A DNA stretch of 63,846 bases, counting the filler, from an uncultured bacterium (GTDB lineage Bacteria > CAZSTA01): the NCBI GenBank assembly GCA_964609495.1. It is 7 parts of 7 records of this genome, joined end to end, with 100 filler letters (N's around TTAATTAATTAA, not from the genome) between each part and the next. Parts side by side here need not be neighbours in the genome. Positions count along the whole stretch, not along the records: positions 37,904 to 47,183 come from CAZSTA010000147.1; positions 47,284 to 56,527 come from CAZSTA010000148.1; 5 more parts are not named here. One strand, written 5' to 3'. Both the position numbers and the translations under genes were made by a program. Positions 38,389 through 47,539 of this stretch are shown piece after piece. The stretch's first letter is position 1; each line of letters begins with the position of its first letter. The notes beneath the pieces were generated by a model, which saw nothing but the letters and a program-made list of their open reading frames with translations, made no database searches and was not told the DNA's origin.

Positions 38389-41300
38389 TCATCTCAAGAC
38401 AGCCCTACTTATCCCCTCTTCGTCCTCCGTAACCTCAATCAAGTGTTCCAGAGAATCTTTTATATCCTCGACATGGGTGATCAATATGATCTGACGGAAG
38501 CGATGGCTTAGGTTATTTAGAGCATCCATTATATTATTTTTCCTGATAGAATCTTGGCTTCCGAATATCTCATCCATTATAATAAAGGAGAATTCATTAC
38601 CGCTACTCTCAGCTATTAACTGAGAGATAGCTAGCCTCAGACATAAGTTAGCTAAATCCCTCTCCCCTCCGGAGAAATGATCGATAGTATAGGGGCGACC
38701 TCTATCGTGGATATGAACCTCATAATCCTCATCAAGCTCCATATCCAGGTATTTTCCATCTGTTAACTCCCTGAATAGCTCGCTAGCATATCTGGATAGG
38801 GAAGGTCTGATACGTCCGATCAAATTGGTCCTGAAGCCTATCAAAACTCTTTCCAATTCATCTAAATATCTTATCTCCTCTACAAGCTCGCCTATTTCCT
38901 CCTCCTTAGCCTCGGTCTCGATTATCTCCCTCTTTATATTCTCTGTCTCCTTAGCGATAGTATCCTGAAGATGGATCAAGTCTTTCAATTGAAGTTGAAC
39001 ATTGTGAATATCCCTCTGGAGAATCTCGTATTCCGATCTCGTTTTGTCTAATTCATCTTTTGAGAAGGAGAGGGAATTAAGTTGCTCGGTAAGTTCCGCT
39101 ACGCGCAATTCCACTTCCTTCTTGTTATCGTCAAGATCCTTTATCCTCTCCTCTATCAAGGGAAGTCGCTCTACCTCAGCCTGTAAGCGAAGAACCCTAT
39201 CCCTTATCGCCGATAATCTCTCCAATTCAGCAGATATGAAATTATGCTCCGCTACATCATAACTAACCTCTCCTATATCCTCCCTAACCTTATGGATTTT
39301 ACCAAGTTCCCTCTGCAAGCCGTCCTCCCTCTCCTTAAACCACTTCCTCTGATTGAGATTCATCTGTAGACTCTGGAGTTCAGATCTAGCCCCCTCTAAT
39401 TCGCTCTGCCACTGATAATACTTCTTCTCATCGAAGGCTAATTCGCTCAACTTATGCTTAAACTCCTTAACTCCATCAGCTAAATCCCTTTTAAGCTCTC
39501 TGGAGCTATCTATCCGCTCCTCCAAAGATGGCAATCTGCTTAGACTTCCCTGAAGTTGAATAAGTTCATCTCTTTTTTGTCGGAGGATATCCAACCTCCG
39601 TGTCGCTCTCAAATGCGCCTCGTCATCATATCGAACTTCGCCGAATTGGAGGAGTTTTTCCTGCGTCTCTTCGAGCTCCATCTTTATCTCACTCAGCCGC
39701 TGTTTGCGGAATTTAAATTGACTCTCGGCGTCCGCAAGTTCACTCAATTCCTTCTGCAACCTGTCGCTCTCGCTCTCTCTATTCTTCAAAAGCTCAGCCA
39801 GTTCCGTTTCCTTCTTCCTCTTCCCAACTAATTCCTTTTTCAAGCCTTCCTCTTCCTCGAGTAAAGTATCAAGCTCTTGCTGAAAATGTTCGATTATATC
39901 ATGGTAATCATCGCCTAAGTGACGAGAACAGACGGGGCATCGGCTATCAGGACCAAGATCGTCGATAGTCTTCTTCTGCTTTTGAATCTTCTTAGCTCCC
40001 TGCTGAATGTTGCCGATGTTGACCCTGACCCCCTGAGCGCTGATCTGGAGATTCTTCAATTCGTCTCTTGTCTTATCTATCGCTCTCTTCGTCCCCTCAA
40101 CCGACTTCTCGACCTCCACCTTCTCAGCTACTTCTCCCTCTAGCTCCTCTATCAGCCTTCTCTGCTCCTCTTCCCTTCGCCTCAAAGTCCTTAAATATTC
40201 CTCCAGATCTTGAAGACGCTTCTGCTCACTTCTTCTTCTCTCCCAATCAGCGCATTCCTCCTCTAAAGAAGGAAGCGCATCTACCTCTGATCTTAATTCC
40301 TCCGCCCGCTTCACCTTCTCCAGAAGCTCCTCTCTCTCCGCAATATCATTATCCAACTGCCTCTGGATGCTCTCGAGCTTCTGTTCGGCTAAAGTTATAT
40401 CTCCTCTGAGGCGAATATCCTCGTCTCTCCTTCTCTCCTCTCGCTTCAACCTCTCCCCTAACTCATCCCTCCTCTTAATCAGCAGGTTCTCATCTCTTCC
40501 CCCGATCTCAGCTTCTAACCGAGCTATCCTACTTATACAATCCCTCTCCTCCGCCTCTAACTCAAGGATCCTCTCTTCTATCTCCTTCAATCGTTCCCAT
40601 TTCCCCTTCTCCTTATCCATTGAAGCGGACTTCTCCCTGACCTCATCCCAACGAGCTACATCGGGCCTCGCTCTAGCTATCTCCTTGACTTTGAGCAACA
40701 GTCCTTCCTTCTCGGCAAGGGTATTTTGTTGCTGATTGATGATATTAGCTAAACGTTCCCTCTCCACAGCTAGCGAACTAACTAAACTTTCATACGCACC
40801 TCTCTTCTCCTCCAGAGAGTCGAGATATTCCCTTATCTTATCCCCTTTATCCTTTAAAATTGATGCTTGTTCCTCAACTTCGGATATCTTCAAACCAGCC
40901 CCTCTAAATTCCTCCTCCTTATCCTCTAACCCCTTCCTTAAGCTCTCTATATCTGGTAATTCCCTTCGCATAGTGTTAAGCTCAACCTTCCTCGTTCGAG
41001 AACCCTGTCTGAGGTCAGCGATAGCGGTATCCACCCGATCGATCCCAAGCATTCGGATTATCAGATGTTTACGCTGGGCTGGTTGTAGATCGGAGAGAAA
41101 ATCCAATTCTTTCTGTTTAGCTACAAAGCTGGTGAAGAAAGCCTCTCGCTCCAGCCTCAACTGTCTCGTTATGAAGCTAGCTGTATCCTTTACTCCGGTG
41201 GCAGCTAGTTTATTATTTACATAGACAAAGGCACTGCTCGATAAATTAGCTCCTTCTAACCTCCGTTCTAATCTATACTGATCTCCCCCGATCTCCATCT

Positions 41301-41526
41301 CCAAGACGACAACACAATCCTCTCCCTTGGGAGCATCCTGTCTTTTGATCTCCTCTTTCTTAGTTCTTGCCGCCACCGGTCCATAAAGAACCCAACCTAT
41401 AGCCTCCACTATGGTCGATTTACCAGAGCCATTGTTACCTAATATACCAGTAACTCCATCTGGAAATTCGATAAACTCGTCAGAATATTTACGATAGTTC
41501 GTAAGAGATACCGATATTAATCTCAT
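38389..41526 (-). CDS. sbcC: SbcC/Rad50 family SMC-like ATPase
   Basis: Walker A GNNGSGKS, Q-loop, Zn hook CPVC, signature FSGGE, Walker B MDE, H-loop ITH. Confidence 0.88.
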   Translation of the reverse strand: MRLISVSLTNYRKYSDEFIEFPDGVTGILGNNGSGKSTIVEAIGWVLYGPVAARTKKEEIKRQDAPKGEDCVVVLEMEIGGDQYRLERRLEGANLSSSAFVYVNNKLAATGVKDTASFITRQLRLEREAFFTSFVAKQKELDFLSDLQPAQRKHLIIRMLGIDRVDTAIADLRQGSRTRKVELNTMRRELPDIESLRKGLEDKEEEFRGAGLKISEVEEQASILKDKGDKIREYLDSLEEKRGAYESLVSSLAVERERLANIINQQQNTLAEKEGLLLKVKEIARARPDVARWDEVREKSASMDKEKGKWERLKEIEERILELEAEERDCISRIARLEAEIGGRDENLLIKRRDELGERLKREERRRDEDIRLRGDITLAEQKLESIQRQLDNDIAEREELLEKVKRAEELRSEVDALPSLEEECADWERRRSEQKRLQDLEEYLRTLRRREEEQRRLIEELEGEVAEKVEVEKSVEGTKRAIDKTRDELKNLQISAQGVRVNIGNIQQGAKKIQKQKKTIDDLGPDSRCPVCSRHLGDDYHDIIEHFQQELDTLLEEEEGLKKELVGKRKKETELAELLKNRESESDRLQKELSELADAESQFKFRKQRLSEIKMELEETQEKLLQFGEVRYDDEAHLRATRRLDILRQKRDELIQLQGSLSRLPSLEERIDSSRELKRDLADGVKEFKHKLSELAFDEKKYYQWQSELEGARSELQSLQMNLNQRKWFKEREDGLQRELGKIHKVREDIGEVSYDVAEHNFISAELERLSAIRDRVLRLQAEVERLPLIEERIKDLDDNKKEVELRVAELTEQLNSLSFSKDELDKTRSEYEILQRDIHNVQLQLKDLIHLQDTIAKETENIKREIIETEAKEEEIGELVEEIRYLDELERVLIGFRTNLIGRIRPSLSRYASELFRELTDGKYLDMELDEDYEVHIHDRGRPYTIDHFSGGERDLANLCLRLAISQLIAESSGNEFSFIIMDEIFGSQDSIRKNNIMDALNNLSHRFRQIILITHVEDIKDSLEHLIEVTEDEEGISRAVLR

Positions 41527-41575
41527 AATCCTTCACCATCATTGGTTAGAAGATGGGAGATGAGCGCGCCAAATG

Positions 41576-43378
41576 TTAACCTAAAACACTTAGTTCATCT
41601 AATAGAGCTGGTCGCTTAGAGTTCTTCGCGCGAAGATCAGAAATATACTTATTCCATCTATCCTCTTCCTCCATCTCCTCATAAAGTTCCTTAACCTTCC
41701 TCAAACACTCGACCGCTTGACGATAGGCCCTTCTATTCACTCGATTGATATAGGAGGTCGCTATTCTCTGATAAAGCCCTATAGCTCGATGAGGATAGGT
41801 TTTCCTTAAAGAATCAGCGACATCTCTCAATAGATATTCGGAGGGGCTCTCAACAAACCTGAGCGTCTGCCAAGCTTTGTCTAATTCTCTCTCCTCAAGA
41901 TAGATATTGATCAAAAGGATATAGTGTTTCTCCTCTTCCAATTGAGATACGATCTCTCCCTCAAGTTTCATCCAATCTCCCAATTCCTCGGCTAATTCCC
42001 TTATCTTGAGATATAGATCTAAACTTCCCCTTTGTTGAAATCTCCTCAATTGAAGATCGAGGGATCTCTCCAATTCCCCTTTCTCCTCATACAATTCGGC
42101 TAACTTCTCCAGAAGATGATCTTTATATCCTTCCGAACTATCTATCCATTCCTCACAGAGAGCGATAGCTTCGTCCTTCTTTCCCAACCTATCCAACATA
42201 TCAGCTAAGCGGAGATAATCATTTGCCTCCCGTAAATGAGTTCGAGCATATTCGAGCGCTTCTTCCATCTTCCCCAATTCGAGCAATTTAAGAGATAACT
42301 CCAGGTGCCTATCTTCTTGCTCACAGAGAGTTATAAAATCCTCAACCCTTCCCTCTTTACCATAAAATTCGAGCAGGAAATTGACTAACTCAGACGCCCT
42401 ATAGAGATAGTAGTATCCACTCTCTCGAGATGATGATAGCCTTTCTAATTCCTCCTTAGCTAACTCCTCCAGCATCTTGGCGTCTTCCTCTTGATATACA
42501 CTGAGGATGAGCTGATCCAACTCATCACCTATACCATAATCGTTGTTCACATACAGGGAGAATAGCTCTTTAAGATATCCTTGACGCTGGGGGGTCTCAA
42601 AATCAGCTTTGGGGAAATCCTCATGGAGCCTATCAACACATTCAGCGGCGATACTCCCTATCATTCCGTCAGAATCATCAACTTCGCCGATATACTCGTC
42701 ACACCCTTCCAGTAATTCCATCAAAATCAATACTGCGCTCCTATAATCTCCCTTCTCCTCAAAGCCACGAGCGGTATTTATTATATTATTCAACTTCTCA
42801 CTGACTAGATTCACATGATAATAGTCTATGCCTTGAGAGAAAGCATATTCGATCTGACGCTGATAGCTCCCTCTCTCCAGAGGAGTTTGACGCGGGAGCT
42901 GATCTACCCCACTTTCAATTAGGGAGATAAAACTTGGCTCACGCTCGATCATCCTTCCGATAAGCCCTACTAGCTCATCTTTATCCTTCTCCTTCAAGCT
43001 CTCCAGAAGATCATCAACCACTAAAAATTTGTCGGGGGTATTTATCCAGGTCAAGAGTAAAGCGACGATATGTTTGCAATATCCTCCCCAATCATAAGAA
43101 CAGGTGCAATAGGCATCCGCTATGCCATCCTCCGCTAAACTAACAGTTACTATGTAGTTATCGAATTGAGATCCCTCACATTCGGCGCGCAGGGTCATCC
43201 CATATATCATCGGATGAACGATAGCTCCTCTATAATAGTAGTCTTCACCCTTTTCAAAGCTTTGCTCGCTGCAATTCTCCGTAATATCTTCCTCAGTAAG
43301 ATTGGGTAATTTCTCCTTCAAGGTAGCCACCTCCTCGATATATATTAAAGAAGAGGGAGATATCCCCTCTCCCATCAC
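41576..43378 (-). CDS. SWIM zinc-finger protein with helical/TPR-like C-terminus
   Basis: CTCSYDWGGYCKH (CxC...CxH); DDSDG motif; C-terminal KRPALLDEL. Confidence 0.88.
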   Translation of the reverse strand: MMGEGISPSSLIYIEEVATLKEKLPNLTEEDITENCSEQSFEKGEDYYYRGAIVHPMIYGMTLRAECEGSQFDNYIVTVSLAEDGIADAYCTCSYDWGGYCKHIVALLLTWINTPDKFLVVDDLLESLKEKDKDELVGLIGRMIEREPSFISLIESGVDQLPRQTPLERGSYQRQIEYAFSQGIDYYHVNLVSEKLNNIINTARGFEEKGDYRSAVLILMELLEGCDEYIGEVDDSDGMIGSIAAECVDRLHEDFPKADFETPQRQGYLKELFSLYVNNDYGIGDELDQLILSVYQEEDAKMLEELAKEELERLSSSRESGYYYLYRASELVNFLLEFYGKEGRVEDFITLCEQEDRHLELSLKLLELGKMEEALEYARTHLREANDYLRLADMLDRLGKKDEAIALCEEWIDSSEGYKDHLLEKLAELYEEKGELERSLDLQLRRFQQRGSLDLYLKIRELAEELGDWMKLEGEIVSQLEEEKHYILLINIYLEERELDKAWQTLRFVESPSEYLLRDVADSLRKTYPHRAIGLYQRIATSYINRVNRRAYRQAVECLRKVKELYEEMEEEDRWNKYISDLRAKNSKRPALLDELSVLG

Positions 43379-43381
43379 CTA

Positions 43382-43479
43382 GAGGAAACTTTTTAAAAGG
43401 GAACTTTTTTACCTTGAGTCCTATTTCCTGCAAAAGTTCCCTTTTCGCTTGAGTTTTGTTGCCGACAAAAGTTTCCTTT
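43382..43479. repeat. Hairpin element containing a second copy of itself (43395-43445)
   Basis: Outer AGGAAACTTTT...CTTGAGTTTTGTTGCCGACAAAAGTTTCCT; inner AAAAGGGAACTTTT...CTTGAG...AAAAGTTCCCTTTT. Confidence 0.88.
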
Positions 43480-43483
43480 ATCC

Positions 43484-44008
43484 CTAGGTCGATAATACGG
43501 GCAATACCCGTTTCTCTACTTCGCTTAAAAGCACCACATACAGAGGTAGAACGATCGCCTCTCCTATTAGAAAACCAGGAACTATAACTTTAAGAGGCAG
43601 ACCGAATAGAGAATGCAGAAAGTAGGGAAGTAAAATAACTCTGACGATGAGCTGGCTTAGTCCTAAGGCTAAGATCAGATCGATGGTATGTATCTGAGAG
43701 CTACGTTTTAGCTTAAGCAATAGAGCAGGCATAGCCCCTATCAACGCCGTGGTCAGGGTAAAGTGGGGCATATAAGCTCCTCCGACTGGACTTATGATGT
43801 ATCCCAACACATCGGCGATAGCACCTGCTAAAGCCCCAGCTAAAGGCCCGAAAACGAAGCCAGCAACGATAAGAGGTAGATTCCCCAAACCGATTCTGAT
43901 CCCCTCCACTCCCCCTATCGAAAAGCGCAAACTCAAGAAACGAGTGAGGATTATCGATAGGCTGATCAGGAAGCCCGTATAAACGATCTGTTTTGTGGAG
44001 ATCTTCAT
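43484..44008 (-). CDS. folT: Folate ECF transporter S component
   Basis: SIILTRFLS...RIGLG.LP...GP..G...DVLGY...PHFTLT; THF riboswitch directly upstream. Confidence 0.9.
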   Translation of the reverse strand: MKISTKQIVYTGFLISLSIILTRFLSLRFSIGGVEGIRIGLGNLPLIVAGFVFGPLAGALAGAIADVLGYIISPVGGAYMPHFTLTTALIGAMPALLLKLKRSSQIHTIDLILALGLSQLIVRVILLPYFLHSLFGLPLKVIVPGFLIGEAIVLPLYVVLLSEVEKRVLPVLST

Positions 44009-44124
44009 CAAGGTGACACCTCCTTTCCCTTTTTGGATAGGCAGAATGCCACACTAAAGAGAGAACTTCCTATCCAAAATCAGGAAATTAAACTGACAGC
44101 CACTCTTGAGGTGTCCCTTCAGTG

Positions 44125-44220
44125 TGGCAGCGAACGCGATGGACGCACCGCGGGCTAAGCCCTTCGTCTGGAGGCAACGTCCCATCCTCCAGCACTTAAC
44201 GCGCGCCACCTACTCTGCCA
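44125..44220 (-). ncRNA. THF riboswitch
   Basis: Minus strand GGCAGAGTAGGTGG..CGCGTTAAGTG....GGATGGGACGTTGCC....ACGAAG......CGCGG....CCATCGCGTTCGCTGCC matches the THF aptamer consensus; upstream of folT. Confidence 0.93.
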
Positions 44221-44357
44221 AACGTCATAAAAATATAGTGATTTCTATATTGCATTTGATATTCAAAATTGGTAAAATATAGTTGAGGATAAATAATCAA
44301 AAATTGTCCCTATTCTCGGCTCTCCCGTCCCTAAACTCCGTCTTCAGGGGTGTAGAT

Positions 44358-44881
44358 ATGCCATCTAAGAAAAGGATTTTAGTCGTCGATGATGATCCCA
44401 CTATTCTGACCACTTTACGATGAGCATTCGAGCTAAAAGGTTATGAAGTTCTTACCGCCAAAGGGTGATCGAGAATATCTCTAGAATAGTCGCCAAAGTT
44501 GTCGAGGATTATGATTCCTACGCTGGATATCTCGGAGAGGATAATTTCATTATCATTCTCCCTCCCTCCAAGATTCAAGCGATGTGCAGAGAGATAATTG
44601 AGGAGTTCGATGATTCTATTCCTATGTTCTATGAACCTAAAGAACGAGAAAAGGGATACATCGTGATCGAGGATAATGAGGGTAACCCCACCCGATTCCC
44701 CCTGATGAGCATATCGATAGCGGTAATAACCGCCTTCACCGAGGAAGAGAGGATAAGCCCGAAACAGCTAAGCATACTTACCGCTAGATTGAAGGATTAC
44801 GTAAAATCATTACCTGGGAGCAATTATGTGATCGACAGAGAATTGAAGGAGTATTTCAAGCCCCCAGGAGGAATGCTTTAA
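44358..44881 (+). pseudogene. Response regulator receiver + GGDEF-like gene with nonsense codon, internal deletion and frameshift
   Basis: MPSKKRILVVDDDPTILTTLR*AFELKGYEVLTAK from ATG 44358, joined out of frame to GYLGEDNF...SISIAV...K...GSNY (44465-44881). Confidence 0.8.
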
Positions 44882-45189
44882 TCCTCCTCATATTCCTCCT
44901 TGGTGATGAACTTCCCTCCTTTTATACTCTTGTTTATTATCCTACGAGCGCCATCGAAATCTATAAAGACCTCGACTATATTCTGACACTTAGAGCCAAG
45001 CAACTCCTTGCGTAACACATAAGCCGGCCCCTCATCCTCATAAGTGGGGCTGAGATCGTTTATCTTAGATATGCGAGTCCTCATTTTCTCTCCGCACTTC
45101 TCACATTGGACGTAAATCCATATTACATTTCCTCTAAACTCTTCCCCTCCCTTCTTGGGAGAGAAGAGCCTCTTAAAGAAACCAGTCAT
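44878..45189 (-). CDS. Hypothetical protein, possible Zn-binding
   Basis: CEKCGE plus a distal Cys; GGAGG RBS. Confidence 0.75.
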   Translation of the reverse strand: MTGFFKRLFSPKKGGEEFRGNVIWIYVQCEKCGEKMRTRISKINDLSPTYEDEGPAYVLRKELLGSKCQNIVEVFIDFDGARRIINKSIKGGKFITKEEYEED

Positions 45190-45329
45190 AAACAGGCCTC
45201 CTATTCAGAAGATAGAGAGCTGAAGATGGAAATTTGAAAATGAAGATCAGATGTGAGCGAGCAACATCTTCCAAATTTGTTAGCACAAAGTTTACATGCT
45301 TCCATCTCTGCTTCCCAATTTCCCTTAAT

Positions 45330-45581
45330 AAAGGAAACTTTTTTACCTTGAGTTTTGTCGCCTACAAAAGTTCCCTTTAGGATTCATATAGAATCGGGGA
45401 TCAAAATGATTTCAGATCGAATTATAACTCCCTCTCACCCTGGCCCTCTCCCACGAGGGGGAGAGGGGACATCGAGATAGAGCTGATCTCTTTAGTTCCC
45501 CCCTCCCTCGATGGGAGGGGGATAGGGGGAGGGTGTAATATAAAGTAAATTAGATCTTAGATCCCAGATTTTATATGCATC
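45330..45581. repeat. Hairpin element (45330-45378) adjacent to a complete BoxC-like composite element (~45380-45581)
   Basis: Same arms and loop motif as other hairpin copies; core matches 3085-3190. An orphan right end TAGCACAAAGTTTACATGCTTC lies at ~45281-45302. Confidence 0.85.
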
Positions 45582-45598
45582 TTCCCCTTTAATCGCTG

Positions 45599-45627
45599 TT
45601 GACTAAAGATAGACGCTATGTTATAAT
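45599..45627 (+). promoter_or_regulatory. Sigma70 promoter for dapL
   Basis: TTGACT-17 bp-TATAAT with extended TG. Confidence 0.75.
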
Positions 45628-45708
45628 ATAAGCAATTTACTCAAATCGGGAAGATATTTTCTATTCGTTTAAGATATAACATATCATTTAAGGAGGAGAT
45701 CGAAGAAA

Positions 45709-46896
45709 ATGCAACAAGCTCAAAGACTGCAGAAACTCCCCCCATATCTATTCGTGGAGATAAGGCGAAAGATAGATAAAGCTAAAGCCGAGGGAATAGA
45801 CGTTCTAAGTTTGGGAGTTGGTGATCCCGATCAACCAACACCAAAGCATATAATAGATGAATTATGCAAGACCGCTTATGATGCGGAGAATCATCGCTAT
45901 CCTCCTCAGGAGGAACGCGGGATGAAAGCTTTTCGTCAGGCAGTAGCTAAATGGTATAAGGATAAACACGGAGTCGAGCTGGATCCAGAGAAGGAGATAA
46001 TAGCCCTCATCGGCTCTAAAGAGGGGATACATCACCTCGCCTTGTCTTTCGTTAATCCGGGCGATTACGTACTAGTTCCCAACCCCGCCTATACCCCTTA
46101 TTGCTCTGGGACGATCTTTGCTGAGGGAGAGATATACGAGATGCCTCTTTTGGAGGAGAACGGCTTTCTCCCCAAGATCGAGGATATCCCTAGCGATATA
46201 GCGAAGAAGTCTAAAGTTATGTTCCTGAACTACCCTAACAATCCCACTGGTGCTTTAGCTACCCCGGAGTTCTTCAAGAAGGTCGTTGATTTCGCTAAGA
46301 ATTATGATATCATCATCTGCAACGATGGTGCTTATACGGAGATAGTATATGAGGGAGTAAAACCCTTAAGTTTCCTGGAGATACCTTCCGCTAAGGAAGT
46401 AGGGGTAGAGCTTAATTCCCTCTCCAAACCTTATAATATGACCGGTTGGAGGATCGGGATGATGTCCGGTAACGCTGATATTATGGCTGGTATGTCCGCA
46501 AGTAAGTCGAATACCGACTCGGGCATCTTCGCTCCTGTTCAATATGCGGGGATAAAAGCTCTTACCGGTCCGCAGGATAACATCGCCAAGATGATGGAGA
46601 TCTACAAGAGGAGAAGAGATCTAGTCGTGGATACCTTTAATAAGATGGGATGGAGTTTAGAGAAGCCCCAGGCTACCTTCTACGTCTGGATTCCGACTCC
46701 ATCTCGTATGAAATCGATGGACTTCGCAGACTTCCTCTTCGAAAAGACCGCTATCGTAGTTTCTGCAGGAGTAGGCTACGGCGCTTATGGTGAGGGATAC
46801 TTCAGAATATCCCTGACTATCTCCGACGATAGGCTCAATGAGGCGATGCAGAGGATAGGAAGCGTGAAGGAGGAGTTATCATCCTTGTTTAAGTAG
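45709..46896 (+). CDS. dapL: LL-diaminopimelate aminotransferase (PLP class I/II)
   Basis: LPPYLF, LGVGDPD.PTP, GSKEG, NYPNNPTG, D.AY, SLSKPYNMTGWRIG, DSG.F, GEGYFRISL. Confidence 0.82.
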   Translation: MQQAQRLQKLPPYLFVEIRRKIDKAKAEGIDVLSLGVGDPDQPTPKHIIDELCKTAYDAENHRYPPQEERGMKAFRQAVAKWYKDKHGVELDPEKEIIALIGSKEGIHHLALSFVNPGDYVLVPNPAYTPYCSGTIFAEGEIYEMPLLEENGFLPKIEDIPSDIAKKSKVMFLNYPNNPTGALATPEFFKKVVDFAKNYDIIICNDGAYTEIVYEGVKPLSFLEIPSAKEVGVELNSLSKPYNMTGWRIGMMSGNADIMAGMSASKSNTDSGIFAPVQYAGIKALTGPQDNIAKMMEIYKRRRDLVVDTFNKMGWSLEKPQATFYVWIPTPSRMKSMDFADFLFEKTAIVVSAGVGYGAYGEGYFRISLTISDDRLNEAMQRIGSVKEELSSLFK

Positions 46897-46907
46897 TTTC
46901 TCAAACA

Positions 46908-47035
46908 AGATATAAATCCCCCCCTCACCCTATCCCTCTCCCGCAAGGGGAGAGGGGACATCACTAAGCTCCTCCTCTTGATAGGAGGGTTACTCTCTGC
47001 TTCCCCCTCCCTCGATGGGAGGGGGTGAGGGTGAT
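46908..47035. repeat. BoxC-like core copy
   Basis: CCCCTCACCCTATCCCTCTCCCGCAAGGGGAGAGGGG...CCCCTCCCTCGATGGGAGGGG. Confidence 0.85.
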
Positions 47036-47183
47036 TACGAAGTAAAGGCTTTTAAAGTGAGTTCAAGATCCGATCTGATCTCGAACATCTCAGGCAAAAC
47101 AGCCCGATTTCATCCCAAGATAACTGTCCCTAACCCACCTTAGCCCGACTCAATATCTCCTCCGCGTGCTGTCTGGTGATCTC

Positions 47184-47283
47184 NNNNNNNNNNNNNNNNN
47201 NNNNNNNNNNNNNNNNNNNNNNNNNNNTTAATTAATTAANNNNNNNNNNNNNNNNNNNNNNNNNNNNNNNNNNNNNNNNNNNN
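47184..47283. other. Artificial contig linker
   Basis: 44 N + TTAATTAATTAA + 44 N. Confidence 0.99.
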
Positions 47284-47341
47284 AGGTTCATTTTGACTCC
47301 TCGATCTACACTCCTGAATATCAATAAGAGCGGATAATATA

Positions 47342-47530
47342 TCAATCTCGACAGAGATGTGTGCTATTGTTTAAATCCAATAATACCACGCCTGCGATCA
47401 GTGTTCCCGCGGTGGCAAGATAATAGTTGAAGACTCTTGCTCTGTCTTCGTATGCTTGAAGTGCTGTTTGAGCGGCATACTCGAACTCACGAGAGAGAAT
47501 TTCATTAGGATCTAATTTACCTTCGTTCAT
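47342..47530 (-). pseudogene. Short, probably truncated membrane-protein gene
   Basis: EILSREFEYAAQTA.QA.EDR....NYYL followed by one TM helix and an early stop; starts 9 bp after the upstream gene. Confidence 0.5.
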
Positions 47531-47539
47531 AGCCTTATC

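Noticed and set aside
44421-44423. In-frame TGA as selenocysteine or recoding
   Set aside because: The gene also has a deletion and frameshift, and many intact genes here end in TGA.
47100-47183. Possible C-terminus of a HEPN-like gene (EITRQHAEEILSRAK) at the contig end
   Set aside because: Too short to support a call.
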